Below, piece by piece: positions 30,501-37,981 of a DNA stretch of 45,691 nucleotides. The translations under genes were made by a program, and so were the position numbers. Numbering within the stretch: position 1 is the stretch's first letter; every line of letters begins with the position of its first letter. Below the pieces are notes generated by a model that made no database searches, was not told the DNA's origin, and saw only the letters and a program-made list of their open reading frames with translations. Origin of the DNA: a virus (lineage: Duplodnaviria; Heunggongvirae; Uroviricota; Caudoviricetes); IMG/VR virus record IMGVR_UViG_3300046474_000237, positions 71,469-117,159 of that record; one strand, 5' to 3'.

Positions 30501-30720
30501 CTGCGAAGAAACCCACTCTGCCATACTGATTATATGGTTGAGGACCGTCGTATTGTGGCCTGTATCCTGCCGTGTAGCTAGGAGTTAACAAATTCGGATC
30601 CATCCCAAATCCAGGATTCATATTCGCAGGATTCATTGGGTTGGCAAATGAATTGTTGTATACATCAGCTTGAGACTGATATAAATTGCCGAAGAGATTG
30701 TATGCTGATGAAGGGATCAT
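27565..30720 (-). CDS. tape measure protein
   Basis: 1051 aa, Gly/Ala-rich and helical with hydrophobic GxxxG segments, directly after a frameshifted chaperone pair. Confidence 0.75.
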   Translation of the reverse strand: MIPSSAYNLFGNLYQSQADVYNNSFANPMNPANMNPGFGMDPNLLTPSYTAGYRPQYDGPQPYNQYGRVGFFAGVNNIINPTASEPRYGNPIDNNTQTVEGVSTRPFDSVVWAGQRIAAPAIGFGMAFKYTSGVGAWAGGATGRALGAGISSGMGRYMPSVVGRGLTGALGGIGSLAGRFLLPVAVGQGIMTAGQKGIFNPYINTRREARDLRDNFQGVTFGDAQGNAVTGQGLGYRESTQIAKEITRQGINDFTFSTGEYANIADWTARSGMLDDTKAKQISQRVKDVAEQVKLVMAIAGDPSIKNAIEEIAKLHGAGASVTGPNSQASRAFMSLGLSAAVSGRSVQNIMNTVGAQGQYLYQANGMTPYLGQMAAANIIGSFDTARRNGVLNTSQIARMGGVEGATQASLTAQINGSQTLLNKMAMYNQYINGRGGSTGSGPGMSVTNVTSQFGSDFSRNPMKAFGGMHLYSRVMAGKQLDERGSLALEDQITSILDSMATQKGPDGKYSAEDMAGVMSGVMGMSDDEIQAYIAQRTAESDTGTYRQGIKARNAQTQKQLRQYVSQNYLYGGKIGGAVHSILKGGRNLTSLSGEAAGWMADGSAVFGEGVQRGADWIQFGASFGNNYTPADMDKVIDTISPTGPVVNKNTPQTTNINLINDGHDFFSSRTLTDLGRVGSRLYNGDTLMGSDSTKMTQRINDMAKGGNKNAQAFINATDRKSRSRALATLLKENKADLADVSGRLTEVGSSASVGNYDSFLDDVDSFGVHKETVANDQGRVTGLMGDITKALGAEKIPESHRKNFLDSVNAIGQISDLANKIAGGANQQEIRDMLDSGNYDQVKGLVGGRSDQDAVTYITTSYKRAVEQGLGQIGSLAYNGSFNVDDFKKNPNRIQDKDQRAQFIAAMKSGDQSAMENIVSKQLGYAAGGKLKTEGLKGATDQDLRDVVGFQQHLDLEGQENAKAYEKIASGRYDFATTQNILNNLDSKKNNDNFKIATEKLDGAADKLGQAADKIANQAPGGSLNPMNWFNNPPPSTAGSNNQRNNGAPK

Positions 30721-30732
30721 GCCTTTATTTTA

Positions 30733-30762
30733 AAAAGAAAAAGCCGCTTTTTATGGCGGCTT
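30733..30762 (-). terminator. intrinsic terminator upstream of the tape measure gene
   Basis: Minus strand reads AAGCCGC-cataaaaa-GCGGCTT followed by TTTCTTTTT. Confidence 0.75.
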
Positions 30763-30767
30763 CTGAA

Positions 30768-31139
30768 TTACTTAAAAAGTTGGTCAAGACCCTTGACGTT
30801 ATAACCTGAACCTGATTTTTCAAGAGTAGGTTTCATATGTTTAACCACGTTTTCGTAGTATTCTAACATCTCAACTTCCTTCTCTGTATGTTCTGGCATT
30901 TCTGTGTTGAATTCCAGAGCTAAATACCTGGCCCAATGTTTCTTTATATTACTTGACCAATCCCTCGCTTTATTAGGATCGGCTATGTTGGGGTTAGTCA
31001 GGGCGGTTAGCATAGACATTTTCATCTTCTCAACTTCGAGCTGACTTTCTTTTGTCATATACTCCCGATAGATCCGATCATGCAGAGAACCAAGCGGAGG
31101 AACTTTCATACCTGAGAGATGCAACTTCATTCTCTGCAT
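30768..31139 (-). CDS. tail assembly chaperone, T segment (reached by -1 frameshift)
   Basis: Open in the -1 frame from the slippery site at 31157-31163 through to this ATG. Confidence 0.7.
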   Translation of the reverse strand: MQRMKLHLSGMKVPPLGSLHDRIYREYMTKESQLEVEKMKMSMLTALTNPNIADPNKARDWSSNIKKHWARYLALEFNTEMPEHTEKEVEMLEYYENVVKHMKPTLEKSGSGYNVKGLDQLFK

Positions 31140-31153
31140 CGCCCAGGCGTTTT

Positions 31154-31669
31154 TTAAAAATTTGCTTCTAGTTCTTTACAGGCTTCGCCTACCTTGGCAT
31201 CAAACTTATATAGGGCATCAAGCAGTACCCCAATTACAGGGCCAGGAAGACGCTTAATGAACTTAGCCTTATCCTCTGCCTTAAGCCCTGAAAGATCACG
31301 GCCTTGATAGAAGGTAAGAGCGTATTGCAGATTTAGAATCATCCGCGCTTCATTAAGCGTGCTTACAAGATTGTACGTAGTTGTATCGATGACTTTGCTA
31401 ATCTGTTCAATGTCTTCTGCCGTTCTTGTCTTGAATTGAACCTTTAATTTTCCACGAATTGTAACATCTTCAACGTATTCTCCTTGGAAGATAATCTCAT
31501 CAAAGATACGCAGTAGCTCGTCTTTATCGTATTGAGGCTTTTCTTCAGCCTCGTCCTTTTTTTCTTCAGCAGTGTTTTCAATAACTGAAGCCTGCTCAAT
31601 CGCTACTTCTTCTTGTTTTGAAGCACGGCCACGCTTTGGCTTGTGCTCTGTAAATTCAAACTCGCTCAT
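31154..31669 (-). CDS. tail assembly chaperone (G-like)
   Basis: Acidic 171-aa ORF ending in a slippery site, two genes upstream of the tape measure gene. Confidence 0.75.
   Translation of the reverse strand: MSEFEFTEHKPKRGRASKQEEVAIEQASVIENTAEEKKDEAEEKPQYDKDELLRIFDEIIFQGEYVEDVTIRGKLKVQFKTRTAEDIEQISKVIDTTTYNLVSTLNEARMILNLQYALTFYQGRDLSGLKAEDKAKFIKRLPGPVIGVLLDALYKFDAKVGEACKELEANF
31157..31163 (-). promoter_or_regulatory. -1 programmed ribosomal frameshift heptamer A-AAT-TTT
   Basis: GCA AAT TTT TAA: a canonical X XXY YYZ heptamer immediately before the stop. The -1 frame reads TTA AAA AAC GCC TGG GCG ATG CAG. Confidence 0.8.
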
Positions 31670-31677
31670 TTCTTTCC

Positions 31678-33288
31678 TTAAAAATCAAATACGTTGTTCT
31701 CTTTAATCTCGTCCACCGTTGTGAACTCACCCTTAAGAACCATATACGCTATATTAGCGAAAACTACACTGTGGAACCAATCATCACACAAGTCTTCATC
31801 TTTTTTATACAGACGACGCCCAGTCACGGATTCTTCTTCGAAAATGTTCAATGCGTCCTGCCAGAATTCAGACATCAGGTTCCAACAAGGAGTCTCGATA
31901 CGATCACGGCCAATCTTAGCCTTCAATACAATCGTGTCCATGTTCGTTGTTCGATCTGCTGAAAAGAACTGTCCTTCTCTGTCCCAACGAAGCGTAGACT
32001 TTGCTGCTACATATTGTACAGAATTTACTTTATCCTGGCCAATACTTTTTCTAAGCAATTCTACTTGTAACTGGCCAACACCACGGTCTGAAGCAAGCAT
32101 TGTACATTTGTATTTTGCGTATAGTTCTTCAACACGCTTAACCTGATCAAGAATATCAATACCATTCAGGCGCTGGGCGTAAATAAGATATCCCTTACCA
32201 TTCCAGTCGTAACCCATGATTGTAATAACGGTGTATGAATTAGAACCACCACTTACTGACCAGTCTACTCCAAGCACAGTATGGAGAATATTACGTTCAT
32301 CCATTGGGAAACCCTTATCCCACTCTGTCTTGTTATTGTTACAACATGCCATTACTTCTTTAAGTGATAGTGGACGACCAGCTAGACCGCTAGGGCATCC
32401 AAACACTTCGTTAGCAAGCTTAGGCACTGAATAAGTCTTGGCCTTATGAAGTAGATCCTTCCACTTCTTAGGTCTCGTACGTGCAGGGAAAATAAGCTGA
32501 GGTAAATGAAACCCGTAATGGTCTTTCTCAGCAGGTTTTGCTGCCACCCATTTACCAGTGGACATATCGAGCAGACCTCCGCAGTACACACAGCCTGGAC
32601 CTTCTTTATTGGCATGCAGAATCGTATGGCAAATATCGAAATCAAGGGGTAGCGTGTACTTATTGCAATGCGTACATCTAACCGCCCACTCCATCATGTT
32701 CGATTGCTTGAACTTCTGTGTGAGTGAATTAGTCTCTGTTTTAGCCGTGCCTGTGTATCGTCTGAATGCAAAGTCTGAAGCACCCAACGTTTCTGCAAGA
32801 ATAGGGGCACATTCAAGACTGGTATCTTGGAACTCATCTAGGTACAGAGCGTCAGCGAAGACTCCACGAATACGGTCGGCGTCTTGTTCTGTTTCTGCGT
32901 AACCCAATGTTACAGCACTGCCATTAGTAAATGACTTTGAGAATACGTTCTTACGTGAGCCCGCATCAACGAAGTGCTTACGGATAAGAGGGGAACTTAA
33001 GAAGGGATCTAAATATGCTGTTGAGAATCGTGATGTCTGTTGAGACAATGGGCTACTGAACAGAGTCGAAAAGTGAGGGCGAACTAGACTGTTGGCTACA
33101 ATAGCTGCGCCAAGAGATACTGATTTGCCAATCTGCCGACCTGCCATCAAAGTCATTTCATTAGGAGAAACGTCATAGATGATTTCAAACGGCTTGTAAT
33201 CTTCGAGATTGAGAGGCTTACCTTTAAGAGTGAGCAGAGCTTTGGAAATCTCGGAGGGCTTTAGTTTTAAAAGGCTTTCTTTGTCCAT
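31678..33288 (-). CDS. terL: terminase large subunit (lambda GpA-like)
   Basis: Walker A AGRQIGKS, Walker B LYLDEFQD, CTHC/CVYC Zn motif, nuclease LGVDWS and C-terminal DDWFHS. Confidence 0.9.
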   Translation of the reverse strand: MDKESLLKLKPSEISKALLTLKGKPLNLEDYKPFEIIYDVSPNEMTLMAGRQIGKSVSLGAAIVANSLVRPHFSTLFSSPLSQQTSRFSTAYLDPFLSSPLIRKHFVDAGSRKNVFSKSFTNGSAVTLGYAETEQDADRIRGVFADALYLDEFQDTSLECAPILAETLGASDFAFRRYTGTAKTETNSLTQKFKQSNMMEWAVRCTHCNKYTLPLDFDICHTILHANKEGPGCVYCGGLLDMSTGKWVAAKPAEKDHYGFHLPQLIFPARTRPKKWKDLLHKAKTYSVPKLANEVFGCPSGLAGRPLSLKEVMACCNNNKTEWDKGFPMDERNILHTVLGVDWSVSGGSNSYTVITIMGYDWNGKGYLIYAQRLNGIDILDQVKRVEELYAKYKCTMLASDRGVGQLQVELLRKSIGQDKVNSVQYVAAKSTLRWDREGQFFSADRTTNMDTIVLKAKIGRDRIETPCWNLMSEFWQDALNIFEEESVTGRRLYKKDEDLCDDWFHSVVFANIAYMVLKGEFTTVDEIKENNVFDF

Positions 33289-33308
33289 GATCCTATGTTA
33301 ACCCTCTA

Positions 33309-33320
33309 TTTTGGTATAAG
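33309..33320 (+). promoter_or_regulatory. recurring phage promoter motif TTTTGGTATAAG
   Basis: The same motif precedes several plus-strand units (34073, 38687, 44743, 45191, 45592). Confidence 0.7.
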
Positions 33321-33431
33321 AACTATGTAGTAAGCATTAGTCATTTCGTAATTACTCTTTAGAAGGTGCAGGGAATGTATTAAGTCTTACCGCGTTGTTA
33401 TAACTATTCTACGAGAAAGGGTAATCCAAAA

Positions 33432-33923
33432 ATGAAACTAACATGTGGCGCAGTAATTGAACGTATACCTAGCATTTCTCTGGATGACGAACAGAGGGTG
33501 CACTGGCTACGATGGATTGAAGCTTTGGAGTCTGGCAGTTTCAAGCAGATCAAGTTTGCTCTCAGGGATACCGGTGGCTTTTGTTGTTTAGGAGTTGCGT
33601 GTGATCTAATTAATCCTAAGGGTTGGGTTAAGGAAGAAGAGCCACTTGTATATAGCTTCCATCTAACAACCTCAGATAAGGGCTTGCAAACCTCTAAAGA
33701 CCATCTCGTGCCAACAGCTAGGCGATGGTATGGATTAGAAATGGGACCTCTGGGATTTCATGTAGGAGGTAGATTTCCGGATGGCGACGGAAACACCCTT
33801 GAAATTTCCTCGCTTGCACTTGCGGGTATTAATGACATGGGTGCTACATTCACTGAAATAGCTGAGATCCTGCGAAAAGCGATGAACGGCGGTTACGTCT
33901 GTTCGGTTGCTTTGGTCAGGTAG
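33432..33923 (+). CDS. conserved phage hypothetical protein
   Basis: W..ALESG.F.Q....L.....FCCLGVACD and INDMG.TF.EIA motif seen in a widespread uncharacterised phage family. Confidence 0.7.
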   Translation: MKLTCGAVIERIPSISLDDEQRVHWLRWIEALESGSFKQIKFALRDTGGFCCLGVACDLINPKGWVKEEEPLVYSFHLTTSDKGLQTSKDHLVPTARRWYGLEMGPLGFHVGGRFPDGDGNTLEISSLALAGINDMGATFTEIAEILRKAMNGGYVCSVALVR

Positions 33924-33938
33924 CCGTTCAGACGGTTG

Positions 33939-33985
33939 AGCCCAGGGTAGGTTGCAGCCTCTTCCTTCTCCTGGGCTATTTTTTC
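33939..33985 (+). terminator. intrinsic terminator with a long loop
   Basis: AGCCCAGG...CCTGGGCT followed by ATTTTTT. Confidence 0.65.
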
Positions 33986-34072
33986 AATTTTTTAGCTTTT
34001 TGAGGTATAACAGTATTGTAAAGGCTGTGCATAGCTTTTATTAATATCAAATATTTCAATAAATATAGAATG

Positions 34073-34083
34073 TTTGGTATAAC
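34073..34083 (+). promoter_or_regulatory. promoter motif TTTGGTATAAC (weaker second copy GAGGTATAAC at 34002-34011)
   Basis: Matches the recurring motif and lies 74 nt upstream of the Ubl gene. Confidence 0.6.
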
Positions 34084-34156
34084 TATATTGGACAGGTAGA
34101 AAATACATTTCCAAAGTCCATTCTTTTCTTTAGCTAAAAACAAGGGATTTACAAAC

Positions 34157-34579
34157 ATGGCTGCAACCGTAACCAAGACTATCGTTACCATCGCTTCGAC
34201 CGACACCGAGTACCAAATTCCGGGCGATTACACGCCTGCTTCGATCCAACGCAACTACGCTAACGATATTCCTAATATCGGCAGCATGCAGTTCGAAGAA
34301 CGTGTCGTGACGCAAGACGGTGAAACGGTTCGTGAGATCACCTTCAAGCCCCGTACGGGCACCAAGGGTGCTGGCGTAACGAAGACCATCGTGACCATCG
34401 CTTCGACGGACACGGAGTACCAAATCCCGGGTGACTATACCCCGGCATCGATCCAACGCAATTATGCGAACGACATTCCGAACATCGGTTCGATGCAGTT
34501 CGAAGAGCGTGTTGTGACGCAAGACGGCGAGACCGTCCGTGAAATCACCTTCAAGCCGCGTACCGGCACGAAGGGTTAA
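34157..34579 (+). CDS. tandem di-ubiquitin-like precursor (PRTRC protein C-like, two units ending ...KPRTGTKG)
   Basis: 71-aa and 69-aa units, identical over 67 aa. Predicted beta-beta-alpha-beta-beta pattern. The C-terminal GTKG is the hallmark of PRTRC protein C. Clustered with E2, JAB and E1. Confidence 0.8.
   Translation: MAATVTKTIVTIASTDTEYQIPGDYTPASIQRNYANDIPNIGSMQFEERVVTQDGETVREITFKPRTGTKGAGVTKTIVTIASTDTEYQIPGDYTPASIQRNYANDIPNIGSMQFEERVVTQDGETVREITFKPRTGTKG
34169..34576 (+). repeat. tandem duplication within the Ubl gene (34169-34369 vs 34376-34576)
   Basis: Codon-by-codon comparison: 67 identical amino acids, about 30 synonymous codon differences. Confidence 0.95.
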
Positions 34580-34616
34580 GAATTACTTCAGTTGCTTTTA
34601 GCCACTGAGTAGTGAT

Positions 34617-34670
34617 ACGAGCAGCAGGGTTCACTCCTAGCCACGCTGCTCGTTTTTCCTGTTTTTTTTA
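34617..34670 (+). terminator. terminator after the Ubl gene
   Basis: ACGAGCAGC...GCTGCTCGT 9-bp stem followed by TTTTCCTGTTTTTTTT. Confidence 0.7.
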
Positions 34671-34719
34671 GTCGAGCTAGGAGCTTAAGAAAAACGGGAA
34701 TAACTCAAGGACAATAAGA

Positions 34720-35625
34720 ATGCAAACTTTTAAAGTACCTCGCTCAGAATCTGATTTGCCTCGGCAACTTCAGAAGATGAGACTAGAAGCAGAAGAGAAG
34801 CTCAGAGTATTCTGTACAAAGAAGATCCTGGATCATAAGCTCTCCACTAAAACGTTTAATTATCAGTTCGACATCTCTGGTGCAAGAGCTGGCGGTCAAC
34901 GTAAGTCTGTTCAAAAGCTTAAAGATATTCTGTACAAAGCAGTAAAGAAACAAGTTCCTTATATTGAGTATATTGCCGGTGGCGATATCATTATCAATAG
35001 TACTTCTTCAAATGCCGTTGCTTTAAAAATCGTATCTCCGTATATGACTTTTGATGTAGAACCTTGGGATTCGATAAGTACTTTGAGCGAAAGAATGCAC
35101 TGGGTAAGGTCGATGCGCAGATACACTAAGTATTTGAACTTTAAGTGTATGAGAGGTGGTATTCCTTTGAACTTAGAGCGTATTCGATTTACCCATGAAA
35201 CTCATCCTGAAGATATGAATGCGTTTCATGCATGGAATCAAACCCAGGCTAGTCCATGTAAAGTGCGGATGCGAATCACTCTTACGGCCAAGCTTTCGAT
35301 AAGAGGATATTTTTACGACGAGTATGTAAGAGTTATAACTAACAATCTTGTTGATGGCATCAATACATACGAAGACTACGAAAACTATCTTATTGAATAT
35401 AAGCATAACGAGAGATTGGCCTCATTAAGAGACGTTAGAAATTGGGAAACTTTCGATATCACGTCTCGTCGGGTACCTACGTTTTATCCTGGGGTTGAGA
35501 AATACGTGTCTGCTGAGAAAATCTTCCTGATACTGGAAGAACTTCAACAGGTTATTAAAACACTTTCCAGAAAAGTTAGCTATGATACTGCAGCGTTTAA
35601 TATCGGAAGCAGCGAAGCTTCCTGA
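34720..35625 (+). CDS. hypothetical protein within the Ubl cluster
   Basis: 301-aa ORF with SD-like AAGGA. No motif recognised. Confidence 0.7.
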   Translation: MQTFKVPRSESDLPRQLQKMRLEAEEKLRVFCTKKILDHKLSTKTFNYQFDISGARAGGQRKSVQKLKDILYKAVKKQVPYIEYIAGGDIIINSTSSNAVALKIVSPYMTFDVEPWDSISTLSERMHWVRSMRRYTKYLNFKCMRGGIPLNLERIRFTHETHPEDMNAFHAWNQTQASPCKVRMRITLTAKLSIRGYFYDEYVRVITNNLVDGINTYEDYENYLIEYKHNERLASLRDVRNWETFDITSRRVPTFYPGVEKYVSAEKIFLILEELQQVIKTLSRKVSYDTAAFNIGSSEAS

Positions 35626-35836
35626 TCTGTCACAAGAAGTAAAAAGTGTCCAGGAGAAGTTTAAAACTATCGGTGAAGAACTGGGTCACAAGGAACTCGA
35701 ACTTCTAATGATCGTAACTTGTAAGACGTTTGCATGTGAAAACAATAGCAGACGCAGAGTGGATCTTAAGAACATCGAAGCAAACATCGTAAAAGCCAAG
35801 CATGCGGCTGTTGAGGAAGAAGAGGATTTCGTATGA
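35582..35836 (+). CDS. small helical hypothetical protein
   Basis: 84 aa with an acidic EEEEDF tail. Stop overlaps the E2 start (ATGA). Confidence 0.6.
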   Translation: MILQRLISEAAKLPDLSQEVKSVQEKFKTIGEELGHKELELLMIVTCKTFACENNSRRRVDLKNIEANIVKAKHAAVEEEEDFV

Positions 35837-36588
35837 GCGATATTACTATTGAAACGGCTAGCGTTGACGTTAGTGCTGTAGCAGAGGAAAACCTCGTTGA
35901 TACCAAGGGTCAGCACATCATCCTTCTGGAAGATTGCGTGGCAGTAGTAATTGGTGATGACACCAGCAGTATTGAGAAGCGAATCACGTATGAAGATTTC
36001 GGTAACATCATCAGTGCTGTGCTGAATCGTCGTAATGAAGAATCGCTTGAAGGTTTCCAACTTCCTGCAAACTGTTTCTTCTTTGCAAAGTCTGGTACAT
36101 CGATTCAGCTCAGTTGTTATTATGCAGAACGTGTCGCTGAGATGCAGCATCTTGACAGAAAGTATACGGTCAAGACTCCGAATATCATCATCAGCCATAA
36201 GTTAGAAAAGCATAATAACAAGCAATGGAGAACGGTTGGATCACGATTCTTCTGTACGGATAAGAGATCAGGTGCTTTGTCGAAGGGTTTGATCTGGGAT
36301 CAGAATCCGACTAATCGTGTATATCTGTCTCCGTTTCCGAACACATACGCAGAAGGTCATATGTGCTATGGCGGAAACTCGATGCCTTCACATTTCCAAG
36401 ACAACAATCTGCAAGGCTTGAATTGGTATTATCAGTTCCTGTTTGAATCTCCGTTTAACAATGACTTGGGTTTGCGCTCGTTAAAAGAAGAGGTTGTTGC
36501 ACAAGATTGGTTCAAGACTCTTGAAACAGCAGCTAAGAACAACGAGCCGTTCCCGTATGAAAAACTCCGTGGTTATACGAAACCCTAA
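35833..36588 (+). CDS. prokaryotic E2-like conjugating protein (Prok-E2 family D / PRTRC protein B-like)
   Basis: TPNII...VYLSPFPNTYAEGHMCYGGN...FLFESPFNNDL, matching LY.APF.N.Y..G.ICWG...F..S.FN.DL. Candidate catalytic Cys in HMCYG. Confidence 0.8.
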   Translation: MSDITIETASVDVSAVAEENLVDTKGQHIILLEDCVAVVIGDDTSSIEKRITYEDFGNIISAVLNRRNEESLEGFQLPANCFFFAKSGTSIQLSCYYAERVAEMQHLDRKYTVKTPNIIISHKLEKHNNKQWRTVGSRFFCTDKRSGALSKGLIWDQNPTNRVYLSPFPNTYAEGHMCYGGNSMPSHFQDNNLQGLNWYYQFLFESPFNNDLGLRSLKEEVVAQDWFKTLETAAKNNEPFPYEKLRGYTKP

Positions 36589-36602
36589 GTAATTAAGGAT
36601 AT

Positions 36603-37934
36603 TTGAAAATGGAAATCATCAGCCAACACATCAGCTGCGTAGTTCTTCCCAACGAGCTTCAAACTGCAATTGAAGCTGGTTATAGCGAAATCTACGCTAT
36701 GACGAGTGAGGGTATTGTCAAGCATCACAAGCTTCGTGGTCGTAATCGTTTCGTTCGTCTTAAGGTTGACAAGCTTCCGGCTAACTACAAGGAAGAAAAG
36801 GTTTCTCAAGAAATCAACTTCCTGCCTGATGGCAAGATTCCGATTCAGTTGTTCGATCAAGTCGTGGCATTCTTCAAGCAAGTCATGGAAGTGAAGAAGT
36901 CCGAGCTTGAAGCAATGATTTGGGTTTGTTGGGATCAAGAAAGTGGTTATCATCTGATTGTCCCTGAACAACGTGTGTCAAAGGCTTCGGCTTCGTATGA
37001 CTGGGCTTCGTTGCCTGCTGGTAAGACTATCGTCTGTGATATTCATAGTCACAATACGATGGGTGCATTCTTCAGCGGTACAGACAACCGTGATGACCAA
37101 GGCAATATCGGATTCTCCGGTGTTGTTGGCCGTCTGAAGGATGAAACTCCGCAGACAGTGTGGCGCTTTAACTACAAGGATAAGAAAATCGAATGTGAAT
37201 TCGATGACATCTTTGTTCTCCCGGTTCGTGAAGAGCAAGCAATTCCTGAAGATTGGATTTCCAAGATCGTGACTACGAGCACTGGGTATTCGACGGGAGG
37301 GAACAACCAAAAGGGAAAAGCGGATCATCTCAAACCCTGGCAGTACAAAAGGGGAGAAAACACAAGCGAAGGAAATCGGGCAGGTCCACATATGCTGGCT
37401 CACGATAGGGGGTTACTTCCCGATGGTTATGGGAACTATTGGGAGGAGCGTTTCGGATCCGAGGCAGCTAACCTTTCCGGAGGTGGAGGATTTCCTTGGG
37501 AGTCCTGGGCCTTCAACCCCGACGATGTAGATGCTGATGGAATCATTGATCCTTCGAAGCTTACTCTGGACAAAGCAGAACGTGCTTTGGCAGTGCTCCG
37601 TGAAGATCCGGGGTATGAGGATTCACATCTAGACTACAGTCCCCGTGTTCACCCGTATAATCCTGACTTCGATCCTGACGTTAACACCACGTTTGACTGT
37701 GATGAGCGGTATGAAGAAGTCAAGGAAGAACACGGTAAAGACGTTGCTGACATCTTCTGTTTGATCGATGATGGGATGTCTGTTCTGAATGGCAAAGATG
37801 ATCTCGTTCGTAACCTGATGAGCGACATGATTCACATGATGTCCGAAGAAGGTCAAGAGGAATTGTTCAGAGACTTGTATCAGGAACTTCCTGACAAGGC
37901 TCAAGAACGAATCCAGATGAACGGTATTCACTAA
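36603..37934 (+). CDS. JAB/MPN metallopeptidase (PRTRC protein A-like) with a long acidic C-terminal extension
   Basis: ELEAMIW (Glu) ... DIHSHNTMGAFFSGTDNRDD (HxH-x7-S-x2-D). Confidence 0.9.
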   Translation: MKMEIISQHISCVVLPNELQTAIEAGYSEIYAMTSEGIVKHHKLRGRNRFVRLKVDKLPANYKEEKVSQEINFLPDGKIPIQLFDQVVAFFKQVMEVKKSELEAMIWVCWDQESGYHLIVPEQRVSKASASYDWASLPAGKTIVCDIHSHNTMGAFFSGTDNRDDQGNIGFSGVVGRLKDETPQTVWRFNYKDKKIECEFDDIFVLPVREEQAIPEDWISKIVTTSTGYSTGGNNQKGKADHLKPWQYKRGENTSEGNRAGPHMLAHDRGLLPDGYGNYWEERFGSEAANLSGGGGFPWESWAFNPDDVDADGIIDPSKLTLDKAERALAVLREDPGYEDSHLDYSPRVHPYNPDFDPDVNTTFDCDERYEEVKEEHGKDVADIFCLIDDGMSVLNGKDDLVRNLMSDMIHMMSEEGQEELFRDLYQELPDKAQERIQMNGIH

Positions 37935-37938
37935 GTAT

Positions 37939-37970
37939 AAGAGGCGCTCCTAATCGAGCGCTTCTTTTTT
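37939..37970 (+). terminator. intrinsic terminator after the JAB gene
   Basis: AGAGGCGCTC-ctaatc-GAGCGCTTCT followed by TTTTT. Confidence 0.8.
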
Positions 37971-37981
37971 AGAGAGTTGAA

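Noticed and set aside
34130-34522. 130-aa antisense ORF over the Ubl gene
   Set aside because: It is a shadow of the GC-rich duplicated sense gene. The two repeat halves differ in protein on this strand, whereas the sense frame is perfectly conserved.
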